Positions 33,664 to 44,400 of a stretch of DNA of 45,745 nucleotides are shown here, piece by piece. Under the pieces are notes generated by a model. The model was not told the origin of the DNA. It was given only the letters and a program-made list of their open reading frames with translations, and ran no database searches. Location of the stretch: NCBI GenBank assembly GCA_038205935.1, contig JBBRBK010000010.1, positions 1-45,745 on the forward strand. The letters are read 5' to 3'. Origin of the DNA: Campylobacterales bacterium. GTDB taxonomy: Bacteria; Campylobacterota; Campylobacteria; Campylobacterales; Sulfurimonadaceae. Positions within the stretch are counted from its first letter, which is position 1; each line of letters starts with the position of its first letter. The translations under genes were made by a program, and so were the position numbers.

Positions 33664-33921
33664 TTATGCAGCAGGTACGATTGAAACGAGTTTACGAGTT
33701 TTGTCTTTACGACCAAACTCAACGATTCCATCTACTAACGCATATAAAGTATGATCTTTACCCATACCGATATTTAAACCAGGATGAATTTTAGTTCCTC
33801 TTTGACGAACGATAATATTTCCTGCGATAACTGTTTGTCCACCGTATTTTTTAACGCCAAGTCTACGACCAGCTGAATCACGGTTATTCTGTGTACTACC
33901 CTGACCTTTCTTATGAGCCAT
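33664..33921 (-). CDS. rpmA: 50S ribosomal protein L27
   Basis: [24 protein letters not shown]. Confidence 0.99.
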   Translation of the reverse strand: MAHKKGQGSTQNNRDSAGRRLGVKKYGGQTVIAGNIIVRQRGTKIHPGLNIGMGKDHTLYALVDGIVEFGRKDKTRKLVSIVPAA

Positions 33922-33944
33922 CTCTATCTCCTACTTTTAATTAA

Positions 33945-34253
33945 TTACGCAGCTATTTTAGTAACACATACACGTGTAAAGTCTCTTCTGAAACCACGTT
34001 TTGTTTTACTATCTTTACGACGACGTTTTTTGAAAGTGATAACTTTTTTGCCACGACCTTCGTTAATAACTTCTAAAGTTACAACAGCACCCTCAACAAA
34101 TGGAGTACCTACTCTTAGTTCACCAGCATTCACTGCAAGAACTTCTTTAATTTCAACGATGTCTTTTGGTTCAAGACTCATCTTATCTAATAATAAGATA
34201 TCACCCTCTTGAACTTTATATTGTTTACCACCGTTTTTGATGATTGCGTACAT
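33945..34253 (-). CDS. rplU: 50S ribosomal protein L21
   Basis: [14 protein letters not shown]. Confidence 0.99.
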   Translation of the reverse strand: MYAIIKNGGKQYKVQEGDILLLDKMSLEPKDIVEIKEVLAVNAGELRVGTPFVEGAVVTLEVINEGRGKKVITFKKRRRKDSKTKRGFRRDFTRVCVTKIAA

Positions 34254-34294
34254 GGCGCTTCCTTAAATCTTAATCAGTATATAAAAAGTTCGAA

Positions 34295-34300
34295 ATTATA
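34295..34300 (-). promoter_or_regulatory. probable -10 box for rplU-rpmA
   Basis: TATAAT on the minus strand about 40 nt upstream of rplU; AAGGA SD present. Confidence 0.55.
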
Positions 34301-34323
34301 CATAAACTAGCTTTAAGTTATGT

Positions 34324-37300
34324 TTAAACCTCTAACTTTTTCTTTTCATACCATTTTCTTAGCCATCTGTCGAACGGATAGATCAGTTTATAGATGACAG
34401 GCACTATCAAAAGTGTCAAAAACATCGAACTGAGCAAGCCGCCGATAACCGCAATGGCCATCGGAGCTTTTGTCTCACTACCCAAACTTGTGCTAATTGC
34501 AATTGGAATCATAGCGAAAATCATCGCAATTGTCGTCATTAAAATAGGACGAAGTCTTTTTTCTCCAGCTTCTATGAGGGCTTCATCCACTTTTTTCCCA
34601 CTTTCAATGGCAATATTCGCAAAATCAACTAGCAAGACCGCATTTTTCCCAACCATTCCCATAAGCAACATAAACCCTATCATAACAAAAAGGCTAAAAT
34701 GCTGTCCACTTACAAAAAGAGCTATCATAACACCCACAATACTTAGTGGCAATGCAATCATAATGATGATTGGCTGAATCAGCGACTCATAAAGTATTGC
34801 CAAGATAATAAACATCAGTATCACAGAAAGCCCCACTGCAGTACCAAAAGCTTTCCCTGTCTTTACCATCTCATCAGCAAAACCTGTAAACTTATAAGTT
34901 ACACCAGCTGGCAAAAGCTTATCTATACCCTCTTTTGTATATGTAACTGCTCCACCAAGGTCAAGCCCGAAAAGATCTGCGTATACGCTTACCTGACGTT
35001 GTCTGTCATAATGATAGATAGACGCCTGAGAAGATGTTTGAGTGAACCTTACCAAGCCACTGAGATATACAAGTTCTCCATTTGTACCGCGAAGTTGAAT
35101 CTTGCCTAGATCCGCTACCTTGACTCTGTTGGCATCTTCAAATCGCAATGTAATATTGTATTGCTTTCCATTTTCCTCAAAATAAGAAAGCTCAATATCA
35201 CTTGAAAAAGCTGTCGAGATCGCCTCTGAGATCTGCGTTGCTGTAATGCCATATCTTGCGGCATTTTCTCTAATGATATTGATATCGATCTGAGGTTTTC
35301 CATCATCAAGATTTGTATCGATATCTACAAACCCTTTTTTCGCTTTAAGATACTCTGTTAAATTTTTTGTTGCAATTTTTAGCGTATCAAATGAATCAGA
35401 TTTTAAAACTATCTGATAAGGCACACTTACCCCTGCACCCTTGATATCAGGAATCGCAGCGGCGGTTATAAACAACTCTTTACTCTGATATGCTTTGAGC
35501 TTCTCTCTTAGATTTTGGATAACCTGTTCTTGATTTTCTTTTCTCTGATCTTTTGCTGTGAGCTTTACATAGATAGCGGCTTTATTTTTTTCAGCAACAC
35601 TGTTATATCCCACGCTCAAAGTTGTAAAGACAACATCTTTATCTTGTTTTATAAGAGCTTCTATTACTTGTGATTTTTTGATCATCTCTTCGAGTGAGAC
35701 TCCAGTGTTAGCTTTGAGATCTACTTGAAATTCAGCCTTATCCTCTTTTGGGATAAAATCCATCCCAATCTTTGGAAAAAGACTCAAAGATGCCGCAAAA
35801 AGAATCAATACAAAAACAATGGTAATCACTTTAAATCTCAAAACAAATTTCAAAGTCTTTTCATACATACGGTCCAAAAATCTAAAGATCGGTTCCGTTG
35901 CATTATAAAATCTGCTCTCACCCTTATGCAAGACTCGAGCACTCAAACTCGGCATAAAACTCATAGCAACCGTATAAGAAATCACAACAGCAAAACCCAC
36001 GGTCATCGCAAAACTTTCAAAAAATTTGCCCACTATTCCGCTCATATTTGCCACTGGAATAAAAACAGCAAGAAGCATCGCAGAGATCGCAAGAATTGCA
36101 AATGCCATCTCTTTAACTCCCTCATACGCAGCTTCCAAGCGCCCCATTCCAGCTTCCATCTTTTTATAGATATTTTCTAAAACAACAATAGCATCATCAA
36201 TAATAATACCAATGGAAAGGGTAAGCCCCACAAGTGTCATCTTATTGAGATCAAATCCCATATAGTGCATAAAAGCAATCGTTCCCATAATGGAGATAGG
36301 GATAGAAAGCGCGGAAACCGTAGTAATAGTAAAGTTACGCAAAAATCCAAAAACGATGATCACCGCCAAAATCGCACCATAAACAAGGTCAAACTCAACA
36401 TCTTCTAATGAATGGATGATGAATGGTCCTGTATCTTGAAGTGTCTGCACTCCATAATTATCTCCTGACATCTTTTGCAAGTTTGGTACAACAGCTTTAA
36501 CACGCTTAATGATATCAAGGGTATTTGTCCCTGAAATCTTTTGCACTTCAAGCATAACGCCCTCTTGTCCATTATAAGAGGCATAGCTTTTTGGATCACT
36601 CAGCCCATCTTCAACGCGGGCAACATCTTTTAGCTTGATCCCATCTTTGATAATCATCTCGCGTAGTTCATTCACGCTCAAAGCATCTGCTTTTGTTTTA
36701 AGAACAACCTCTTTATCTGCAGAGATAAGCTTTCCGCCACCGATTTTTACATTCTCTTTACTTACAATATTATTGAGTTCTGTGACTGAGATACCAAATT
36801 TATTTAAAAGATTTGGATCTGGAAAAATGCGTATCTCTCTATCTTTGTAACCAATGATATTGATAGCACCAACACCTTCAATCTGCTGTAAAGAAGGCTT
36901 CACTTTTTCATCAGCAAAAAGCATCAACTCTTTAATATTGTGCTTTTTAGCCGTTAAAAATACGTTGATAACAGAAGCAGAGCCAATATCGAGCTTACTT
37001 ACAAGTGGTGATTTTGCATTCGTTGGAAGTCTGACTGCCGAGACTTTATCACGCACATCATTCGTCGCTTCATCAATCTTGCGCTCTAAGAAAAACTTGA
37101 CGGTTACGACACTCACGCCATCACTACTTGTTGAAACAATCTCATCTACGCCATCTATCCCTGAAACTGCTTCTTCTACTTTATCTGTTATTTGTGATTC
37201 CACTGTGCTTGATTCAGCACCAGGATACACTGTTTTGATCGTAACGATAGGAAAATCTACATTTGGAAAAAGGGCCGCTGGCATCGCTTTGAAACTCATA

Positions 37301-37371
37301 TATCCAAAGATAAAGAGCGTCAGCACATACATCAGCGTCGCTATTGGCCTATTGATTGCAAATTTATACAT
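34324..37371 (-). CDS. RND efflux permease (AcrB/AcrD/AcrF family)
   Basis: AINRPIAT, IGIIIDDAIVVLEN, KNAVLLVDF, RLRPILMTT. Confidence 0.95.
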   Translation of the reverse strand: MYKFAINRPIATLMYVLTLFIFGYMSFKAMPAALFPNVDFPIVTIKTVYPGAESSTVESQITDKVEEAVSGIDGVDEIVSTSSDGVSVVTVKFFLERKIDEATNDVRDKVSAVRLPTNAKSPLVSKLDIGSASVINVFLTAKKHNIKELMLFADEKVKPSLQQIEGVGAINIIGYKDREIRIFPDPNLLNKFGISVTELNNIVSKENVKIGGGKLISADKEVVLKTKADALSVNELREMIIKDGIKLKDVARVEDGLSDPKSYASYNGQEGVMLEVQKISGTNTLDIIKRVKAVVPNLQKMSGDNYGVQTLQDTGPFIIHSLEDVEFDLVYGAILAVIIVFGFLRNFTITTVSALSIPISIMGTIAFMHYMGFDLNKMTLVGLTLSIGIIIDDAIVVLENIYKKMEAGMGRLEAAYEGVKEMAFAILAISAMLLAVFIPVANMSGIVGKFFESFAMTVGFAVVISYTVAMSFMPSLSARVLHKGESRFYNATEPIFRFLDRMYEKTLKFVLRFKVITIVFVLILFAASLSLFPKIGMDFIPKEDKAEFQVDLKANTGVSLEEMIKKSQVIEALIKQDKDVVFTTLSVGYNSVAEKNKAAIYVKLTAKDQRKENQEQVIQNLREKLKAYQSKELFITAAAIPDIKGAGVSVPYQIVLKSDSFDTLKIATKNLTEYLKAKKGFVDIDTNLDDGKPQIDINIIRENAARYGITATQISEAISTAFSSDIELSYFEENGKQYNITLRFEDANRVKVADLGKIQLRGTNGELVYLSGLVRFTQTSSQASIYHYDRQRQVSVYADLFGLDLGGAVTYTKEGIDKLLPAGVTYKFTGFADEMVKTGKAFGTAVGLSVILMFIILAILYESLIQPIIIMIALPLSIVGVMIALFVSGQHFSLFVMIGFMLLMGMVGKNAVLLVDFANIAIESGKKVDEALIEAGEKRLRPILMTTIAMIFAMIPIAISTSLGSETKAPMAIAVIGGLLSSMFLTLLIVPVIYKLIYPFDRWLRKWYEKKKLEV

Positions 37372-37378
37372 CGGGCAC

Positions 37379-38122
37379 CTACTTTGTTATGATGTTGCCA
37401 TCACCGTAAAGGCCAACCATAATATCATTTGCCATCACTTCAGCTTTCATTTTTCTGTTTGCAGTATTTGAAACAGAATAAATTTTTGATATTTTTCCTA
37501 TATGCTCTTTTGTATCGCCGTCAATTTTATATCGAAATGTATCGCCTACTCTCACTTTGTTCCAGTTTGTTTGATCAAATTCGAGAAGCAGTTTTCTGCT
37601 TGAAGAGCTTTGAATAGTAAACGCAGTTTTAAGCATCATCGAACTCACAACATCACCCACTTCAACTTTTTTGTCTGTGATAATTCCATCAAAAGGTGCG
37701 TATAAAATACTATTATCTACAAGAGACTGTTTGTATTTGACATTTGCCTGAGCATTGACGACTCCCGCTGTAGCTCTTTCATATGCTTGTCTAAATCTAT
37801 CAAATGTCGCTTCATCAACAAGATGCTGTACTTTTTGCTCTCTTTGGTAATCTCGTGAAGCAAATTCCAAAGCAATTTTGGCATCTTTCAGTGATGCTTT
37901 CGCCATCTCTAAAGAGGCTTGAAGATCATTGTTTTGCAACGTTCCGAGTTTTTGCCCCTTTTTTACTTTTGAGTTGATATCTACATACAACTTATCAACA
38001 ACGCCACTAGCATAAAAAGCGACATCTGCACTCTTAGCTGGTGTAACGTTAAAAGTTGCATAAATATTTTCTGCTTGTACATTCACAAATAATATGGCTA
38101 AAACAAATAATAATTTTCTCAT
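37379..38122 (-). CDS. RND periplasmic adaptor (short MFP)
   Basis: Lipoyl half-motifs SGVVDKLYV..KVKKGQ and APFDGII..VEVGD. Confidence 0.9.
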   Translation of the reverse strand: MRKLLFVLAILFVNVQAENIYATFNVTPAKSADVAFYASGVVDKLYVDINSKVKKGQKLGTLQNNDLQASLEMAKASLKDAKIALEFASRDYQREQKVQHLVDEATFDRFRQAYERATAGVVNAQANVKYKQSLVDNSILYAPFDGIITDKKVEVGDVVSSMMLKTAFTIQSSSSRKLLLEFDQTNWNKVRVGDTFRYKIDGDTKEHIGKISKIYSVSNTANRKMKAEVMANDIMVGLYGDGNIITK

Positions 38123-39345
38123 TTTAAAAACTCCTTGATATCTTTTCCACTATAGTAATAATAAGTTGCATAAGCACCTTGCATGTCGTTTAATGCTTTT
38201 GTTTCAAGTGCTTTTGCATTTGTCAAAGAAGCGAGGGCATCGAGATAGGTGACATTGTCCGCGATACCTGCATTGTACTTTTCCTCAATGGTTGTAAAGG
38301 CACTTCTAGCCGCTTGGAGGGCACTTGTAGCACTTGAAATTTCCACTTTACTTGTTTTGATCTTCTCTTGAGAGATCTCAAAGTTCACCTTTTGCTCTTT
38401 TGAAAGATAATTGATCTGCGTGTTGAGGGCTTGAGAAGAAGCGATGATCGCTTCTCTACTTTTTTCTACAGTGCCATTATCAAAAACTCTCATACCCAGC
38501 GTGACCATCAGTTGGTTTTGGCTGTCAGGTTGTTTTGGCATTATCGGATCAACATTGCCATATCCGTAAACACTGTAAGTATCTTCAACTCTAAGCATCG
38601 GATAATAGGCACTCATCAATGCGCCTGCACCCGAACTAAGGGATTCTTTTTGTGCGACTAAAGATTTTAGACTGTCGCTTTGCTCAAAACTCTCACTTGC
38701 AGGTTCCTTAAATGAAGAATCTTCAAAACTCTCCACATCTCTTCCAACTTTTAAAGAAAGAATCTTTTTAGCTGAAAGTATTTGTAGTTTTGTCGCTTCT
38801 ACTTCATAAGTATTGGTGTCAAATGCAGACTGAAGTCTGTCCACCTCATCTTTTGTTGCCATTCTTGCGATAAAAAACTGACCCACACGATAAAGCTGGG
38901 CTTTAAGAAATTTTCCTGCTTCCTCTTTTGCTCCTAGAGTTGCCTGAAGATTTTTTATATTGTAAAAATCTTGCACAATGTCTAAAGAGAGGTTCTTCTT
39001 AGTCGCGGCTGTATCAAAACTACTAGATTTAAGTTCGTTTTGTTTTTGTTCCACCAACGATGATTTTCTTCCTCCATCATAGATATCAACACCTACTTTT
39101 GCATATCCGCTGTAAGTCTCACCCGGCATAAAAGGACTTTTTTTATCTAGTCTTTGATAGTAAGCGCCAAGATCCACCGTCGGATAGTAGGCACTTTTTT
39201 GTGATTCAAGCTCTTTGCTTTTTGCATCTTGCGTTTGTACTTTTGTCTGTACAATATCACTGTTTTTAGTTGCAAAATCAAGCAACGATTTTAGATCATC
39301 CGCACATAAAAGTACAGGCAACAACATTAATGCGACTCTTCTCAT
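38119..39345 (-). CDS. TolC-family outer membrane channel
   Basis: Repeated SAYYP motif, EKYNAG; operon with the MFP and RND genes. Confidence 0.9.
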   Translation of the reverse strand: MRRVALMLLPVLLCADDLKSLLDFATKNSDIVQTKVQTQDAKSKELESQKSAYYPTVDLGAYYQRLDKKSPFMPGETYSGYAKVGVDIYDGGRKSSLVEQKQNELKSSSFDTAATKKNLSLDIVQDFYNIKNLQATLGAKEEAGKFLKAQLYRVGQFFIARMATKDEVDRLQSAFDTNTYEVEATKLQILSAKKILSLKVGRDVESFEDSSFKEPASESFEQSDSLKSLVAQKESLSSGAGALMSAYYPMLRVEDTYSVYGYGNVDPIMPKQPDSQNQLMVTLGMRVFDNGTVEKSREAIIASSQALNTQINYLSKEQKVNFEISQEKIKTSKVEISSATSALQAARSAFTTIEEKYNAGIADNVTYLDALASLTNAKALETKALNDMQGAYATYYYYSGKDIKEFLK

Positions 39346-39935
39346 TTTTTCACCTCAATCAAATCAAATAAAGTATCTATATAACTCTCTATCTCGTGCT
39401 GCAGAGTATCCGTGCAGTTTGTCGCGCAACTAGAGAGGAACATCCCTTTTCCAAGGGCAAAAAGTCCATTGGAAAGTGCGATGGCCTGTTCAATAATCTC
39501 ACCTTTTGCAACACCCTCTTGTAAAACTTGTTTAAACCAATCAGCATAAGTCTGATAGCACTTTGCATGAAATTCACTCATCTCACTGTTTGGCTCGCTT
39601 AAAGTTATGGACACAAATTCTTTGTAAAGTTCTCGAAGCTCAACTTCATCATTATAAAAAAATTCAAAAAAGATCTTTATCTTCTCTTTTGTCGATGTCG
39701 CTTTTGCAATTTTTATCTCTTTTAACGCATCATGTTCTAAAAGTAAAATATTGACAATTTCAAAAACAATATCCTCTTTGTTTTGAAAATAGTCATATAA
39801 AGTACCCTTGCCCACTCCAGCCTCTTTGGCAATGCGTGAGATCGTAAGATTTTTGATCCCTTTTTGTACAAAAAGAGCCTTACATGTAAGGGCAATATCT
39901 TTTCTTTTTTGCACCTTGTCGACGATAATCGCCAT
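39342..39935 (-). CDS. TetR/AcrR family transcriptional regulator
   Basis: HTH TISRIAKEAGVGKGTLYDYFQNKEDI; ATG at 39935 after AGGAGG. Confidence 0.95.
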   Translation of the reverse strand: MAIIVDKVQKRKDIALTCKALFVQKGIKNLTISRIAKEAGVGKGTLYDYFQNKEDIVFEIVNILLLEHDALKEIKIAKATSTKEKIKIFFEFFYNDEVELRELYKEFVSITLSEPNSEMSEFHAKCYQTYADWFKQVLQEGVAKGEIIEQAIALSNGLFALGKGMFLSSCATNCTDTLQHEIESYIDTLFDLIEVKK

Positions 39936-39958
39936 AAAGCCTCCTAAGATCATTTAAT

Positions 39959-39991
39959 AATGACCGACCATCAGTCATTTAAAGAATTTTA
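39959..39991 (-). promoter_or_regulatory. efflux operon promoter (-10 TAAAAT) with adjacent inverted-repeat operator, probable TetR autoregulatory site
   Basis: AATGAC-CGACCATCA-GTCATT dyad at 39959-39979, immediately downstream of minus-strand TAAAAT at 39986-39991. Confidence 0.7.
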
Positions 39992-40023
39992 GAGTGTTTA
40001 TGCTTTATCTTTTCTAAATCAAA

Positions 40024-40743
40024 TTAAGACTTCATCTCAATAAAGAGAAAATGTGATTCACTGGATGCTCTTACATGTAGATGTTTTTCATCTGTAATTT
40101 TTACAGCGTCACCTTTGCTTACATGCGAAACGCTTTGTGGATGTGAACCGTTTATCTCAGCATTTCCTTCTATCTGTACATAATATATTTGTCGATTTTC
40201 ATCGATGTTAAAACTAATCTCTTTGCCAGATTCCAACTCACAAACATAAATATTGGCATCTTGATGGATTTTCACTTTACCATTTCCCGTTTCATTTGAG
40301 ATTACATGTAAGAGTTTGTTTTTGCGCTCGTCTGCCTCAAAAGAGATATCTCCATAGATAGGTTCCATCCCTTTTTGAGGCGGCAATATCCAGATCTGAA
40401 GAAGTCTAAGATCTTGGCTTGGATGATTGTTGTATTCTGAGTGCATCACCCCAATTCCCGCACTCATATACTGCACATCGCCACGTTTTAAAATCCGTTC
40501 ATTTCCCATAGAATCTTTATGCGTGATCTCTCCATCAACGATATAAGAGATGATCTCCATATTTTCATGCGGATGCATACCAAATCCACTCATCGGATGG
40601 ACAATGTCATCATTCAAGACACGAAGCACTCCAAAATGCATATTGTCATAGTCTCGATACTCGGCAAATGAGAAATGAAAACGACTCTCTAGCCAACCTT
40701 GATTTGAGAGAAACATCCCCTCTTTAGAAATTTTTTGTATCAT
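40024..40743 (-). CDS. pirin family protein (YhhW-like)
   Basis: HFSFAEY, LRVLNDD, HPHENMEI, H-x-D-S-MG, MSAGIGVMHSE, LQIW. Confidence 0.95.
   Translation of the reverse strand: MIQKISKEGMFLSNQGWLESRFHFSFAEYRDYDNMHFGVLRVLNDDIVHPMSGFGMHPHENMEIISYIVDGEITHKDSMGNERILKRGDVQYMSAGIGVMHSEYNNHPSQDLRLLQIWILPPQKGMEPIYGDISFEADERKNKLLHVISNETGNGKVKIHQDANIYVCELESGKEISFNIDENRQIYYVQIEGNAEINGSHPQSVSHVSKGDAVKITDEKHLHVRASSESHFLFIEMKS
40118..40148 (+). repeat. TTACATGT-core palindrome interrupted by an 18-bp in-frame insert (copy 3, antisense to pirin)
   Basis: CTTACA-TGCGAAACGCTTTGTGGA-TGTGAAC; read in pirin as GS-HPQSVS-HVSK. Confidence 0.82.
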
Positions 40744-40766
40744 CTCTACTCCTTACATGTAAGCAA

Positions 40767-41336
40767 TTACTTTTGTAAAATCCCCTCAATCTCTACGCTG
40801 ATCTTGACATCATCACCAACCATTACGCCGCCAGCTTCAATAGCTTGATTCCACATAAGTCCGAAATCTTTTCTGTTGATTGTACCGCTGAGTGAAAGAC
40901 CTGTTCTTGTGTTGCCCCAAGGGTCTTTTATAACATTGCCACTGAGCTCAAGCTCCATAGCTACCTCTTTTGTTATGCCGTGAATTGTAAGTTTTCCGTA
41001 CGCTTTATCACCCACGACTTTATCAAGTGTGTAACTCATCGTTGTGTATTTTGCTACATCGAAAAAATCTGCACTTTTAAGATGGGCGTCTCTTTTTGCA
41101 TTATCTGTAGATATGGAAGTCACATCTACGTCTCCATGTAAAGCTTGTAATGTTTTTGTTTTTTCATCGTACACAAAAGTTCCGCTAAACTTGCCAAACT
41201 CACCTTTGACGTTTGAGATCATTAAGTGTTTCACTTTAAAGGCTACATTTGTATGATCGACATCCACTTTGTAAGTCCCCGCAAACAGAGTTCCCACACA
41301 TAACAACGATGCTAACGCTATAACTTTGATTTTCAT
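40767..41336 (-). CDS. YceI family periplasmic lipid/polyisoprenoid-binding protein
   Basis: Signal peptide, FKVKHLMISNVKG, RDAHLKSADFFD, DPWGN, INRKDFG. Confidence 0.95.
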   Translation of the reverse strand: MKIKVIALASLLCVGTLFAGTYKVDVDHTNVAFKVKHLMISNVKGEFGKFSGTFVYDEKTKTLQALHGDVDVTSISTDNAKRDAHLKSADFFDVAKYTTMSYTLDKVVGDKAYGKLTIHGITKEVAMELELSGNVIKDPWGNTRTGLSLSGTINRKDFGLMWNQAIEAGGVMVGDDVKISVEIEGILQK

Positions 41337-41400
41337 GATGGATCCTTTTTATTGTGATTTGACTTTATAAAAAGCCTCTTTATTTTAACATATTACCTTA

Positions 41401-44400
41401 TTATTGCTGGTGCTTATTATTGACAACAAATTTCATAAAATCATCAGCTCGTAGAGGTTTACTGAAGTAATACCCCTGTATTTCGTTACATCCATGTAAA
41501 CGTAAAAAAGAGAGCTGTTCAGCTGTTTCTACGCCCTCAGCAATAGTTTGAAGTCCAAGATTATTTGCCATGTCTATGATAGCAGATACAATAGATCTAT
41601 CATCTCCATCAGTGGCGATGTCGTGGATAAACGACTGATCGATTTTGAGCTTATAAACTTTAAACTGTTTTAAATAGCTCAAAGAGGAATAACCTGTTCC
41701 AAAATCATCGATGGACATGCGAATTCCAAGATCATGCAACTGATTCATGATAGTAATAACCGTTTTTGGATTGTGCATTGCAACAGCTTCGGTGAGTTCA
41801 AGTTCCAAGCATTTATGTGGAACCTCTATCTCTTGAAGAGCATCTATAATCAGCTTTGAAAAATTTGGCTGTTTAAATTGAATAGCAGAGATATTGACAG
41901 CTACGATCAGCGGGTCAAATCCACTCTCGATCCACCTTTTCATCTCTAAAAGTGCAGTGCGCAGTACCCATGTACCTATCTCGATAATCTGTCCACTGTC
42001 TTCTGCAATCGGTATAAACTCCGCAGGAGAAATCATACCAAGCACTGGATGATTCCAACGAAGAAGAGCTTCAGCTCCGATAACTCTGCCATCTTCTATA
42101 GCAATTTGCGGCTGATAGTAAAGTTCTAGTTCACCACGTTTGAGTGCATGTCTAAGAGCATTACTGAGTTCAAGATTGCGCGCAGAATTTTTTTGCATCT
42201 CTTGGGTGAAAAAGTGAAAGTTGTTACGACTGTCATTTTTTACCTTATACATCGCAGTATCTGCATTTTTCAAAAGAGTATCAAAATCTTCTCCATCATC
42301 AGGATAGATCGCAATACCGATAGATGGAGTGATCGTGAGTTCATGGAGCTCTATAATGGATGGTTTTGAGATCTCTTCTATCAATTTCGTAGCGACATGG
42401 ATCGCTGCATTTGAGTCAGTTTCTGGAAAAATCAGGATAAACTCATCACCTCCCAATCTTGCAACCGTGTCTTCCACTCGGATCAAACCTTTAATCCGCT
42501 TTGCTGTTTCTATGAGAACTTTATCGCCTAATGTATGGCCTAAAGAGTCATTGATATTTTTAAAGTGATCAAGATCTAAAAACATAACTGTAAAATGTTT
42601 TTGAGTCCTCTTTGCCATACCAAGCAGATAGCTTACACGGTCATTGAGCAAAGTACGGTTTGCCAAACCCGTCAGTTGGTCAAAATGAGCAAGATTTTCT
42701 ATATACTCTTCTGCTCTTTTTTTATTTGTAATATCCTCTTTAATGGCTATATAATTTGTAACTTTTCCATCTTCTTCTTTGACTGGAGCGATGATTGCTG
42801 ATTCTATATACACGCTTTTATCTTTGCGCTGATTGATCAGCTCTCCCTTCCAGATCTCTCCCTTTGTTAAATGCTCCCACATATCATCATAAGTTGAACT
42901 TGCTGTTTGATGAGACTGTAATATACGAGGATTTTCACCTATGACCTCGTCAGGGCTGTATCCGGTATTGCGAGTAAACTCGGTATTGACATATTCAATA
43001 TTTCCATCCGTATCGGTGATAACGATGGCGTTGGGGCTCTGTTCAACTGCCAAAGAAAGCTTATGCAAAGATGCCACCATCTGTTTGCTTTTTGTAATAT
43101 CTTGAATCGTTCCAAACATCCTTACTAATGTTCCATCCTCTTGGAATTCTAACTTTCCAAGTCCATGGACCCATTTTACTTCTTTGCTGCTAGGAGAAAC
43201 TATTCTGTATTCTTTATCAAAGCTCTGATGTTTAGTGGCAACTTCATTGATAAAATATTCATTCATTCGCAAACGATCATCTGGATGGATCAGTTCAGTC
43301 CAACCCTCAAAATTATGCTTATAATCTTTGTCAATGTCAAAGATTTGATCCATGGTCTCAGAAGTTGTAAACTCCAGTGATTGCATATCTATCATATAAC
43401 TCCCGATCTTTGCAATACTTTGAGACGCGTTCAAAAAGCGTTCATTTTCTATCAATGCAGTTTGCGCTTTTTTTTGTTCTGTAATATCAATGACGGAGAC
43501 AATGGTTTGCTTGGTATCACTCAAATAAACCGCATGAATTTCCGCTATGCCTTTTCGTCCTTTTGCGTTTACAAAGTTGAATTCATAATGATTTGGCAAC
43601 GATGAATCTACTGATCTTAGGGCATGATATTCTCTCATCCTCTCTTTATCAGTCTCATCGATAAGATTGAAAAATGAACTTCCTATCAGTTCTTCTTTGC
43701 TGACTTCACTGAGTTCACTGAACTGCTCATTCATCAATGAGATTGTTCCATCCCTTTCGATAACCGCGATACATGTACCAGTCCGCTCAAATAGAGTACG
43801 ATAGTGGCTTTCTGATTGTTTTAACGCTGTAATATCTTCACTAAATAGAGCAATGCCTCCAATACTTCCATCTGTTTTATACCATGGACGAACTTCCCAC
43901 TTTAACCATTGTACACTGCCATCGAGACGTACAAATCGACCATTATCATTTTTAATTATCTCTCCGTTTAAGGCACGAAGATGGATCTCTTTCAAATCTT
44001 CGGTGATTTCAGGGAACACTTCATAATGAGATTGTCCAAGGACATCAATACCCTCAAGACGATAGTCACTCAACCATCGACGACTGACGGCAAGATAACG
44101 CATTTGATTATCAAACATAGCAAGAGCAACAGGAGCATGATCAATAAAGAGTCTTAAATTTTCTTTACTCTCAAACAGGGCAGACTCAATATTTTTTCGC
44201 TCTGTTATATCGTGAGATATTCCTAAAATACCAATTACTTCTCCGCTTTTATCAAGCATAGGAACTTTGATTGTTTCATTAAGAGCTTCATGTCCATCAT
44301 CGGCAAAGGTAATCCACTCTTCATTCATACTAGGAGCATTAGCTTCAATCGCTACTTTATCATTTAAGCGAAACAAATCAGCCAATTCAGGATTTACAAA

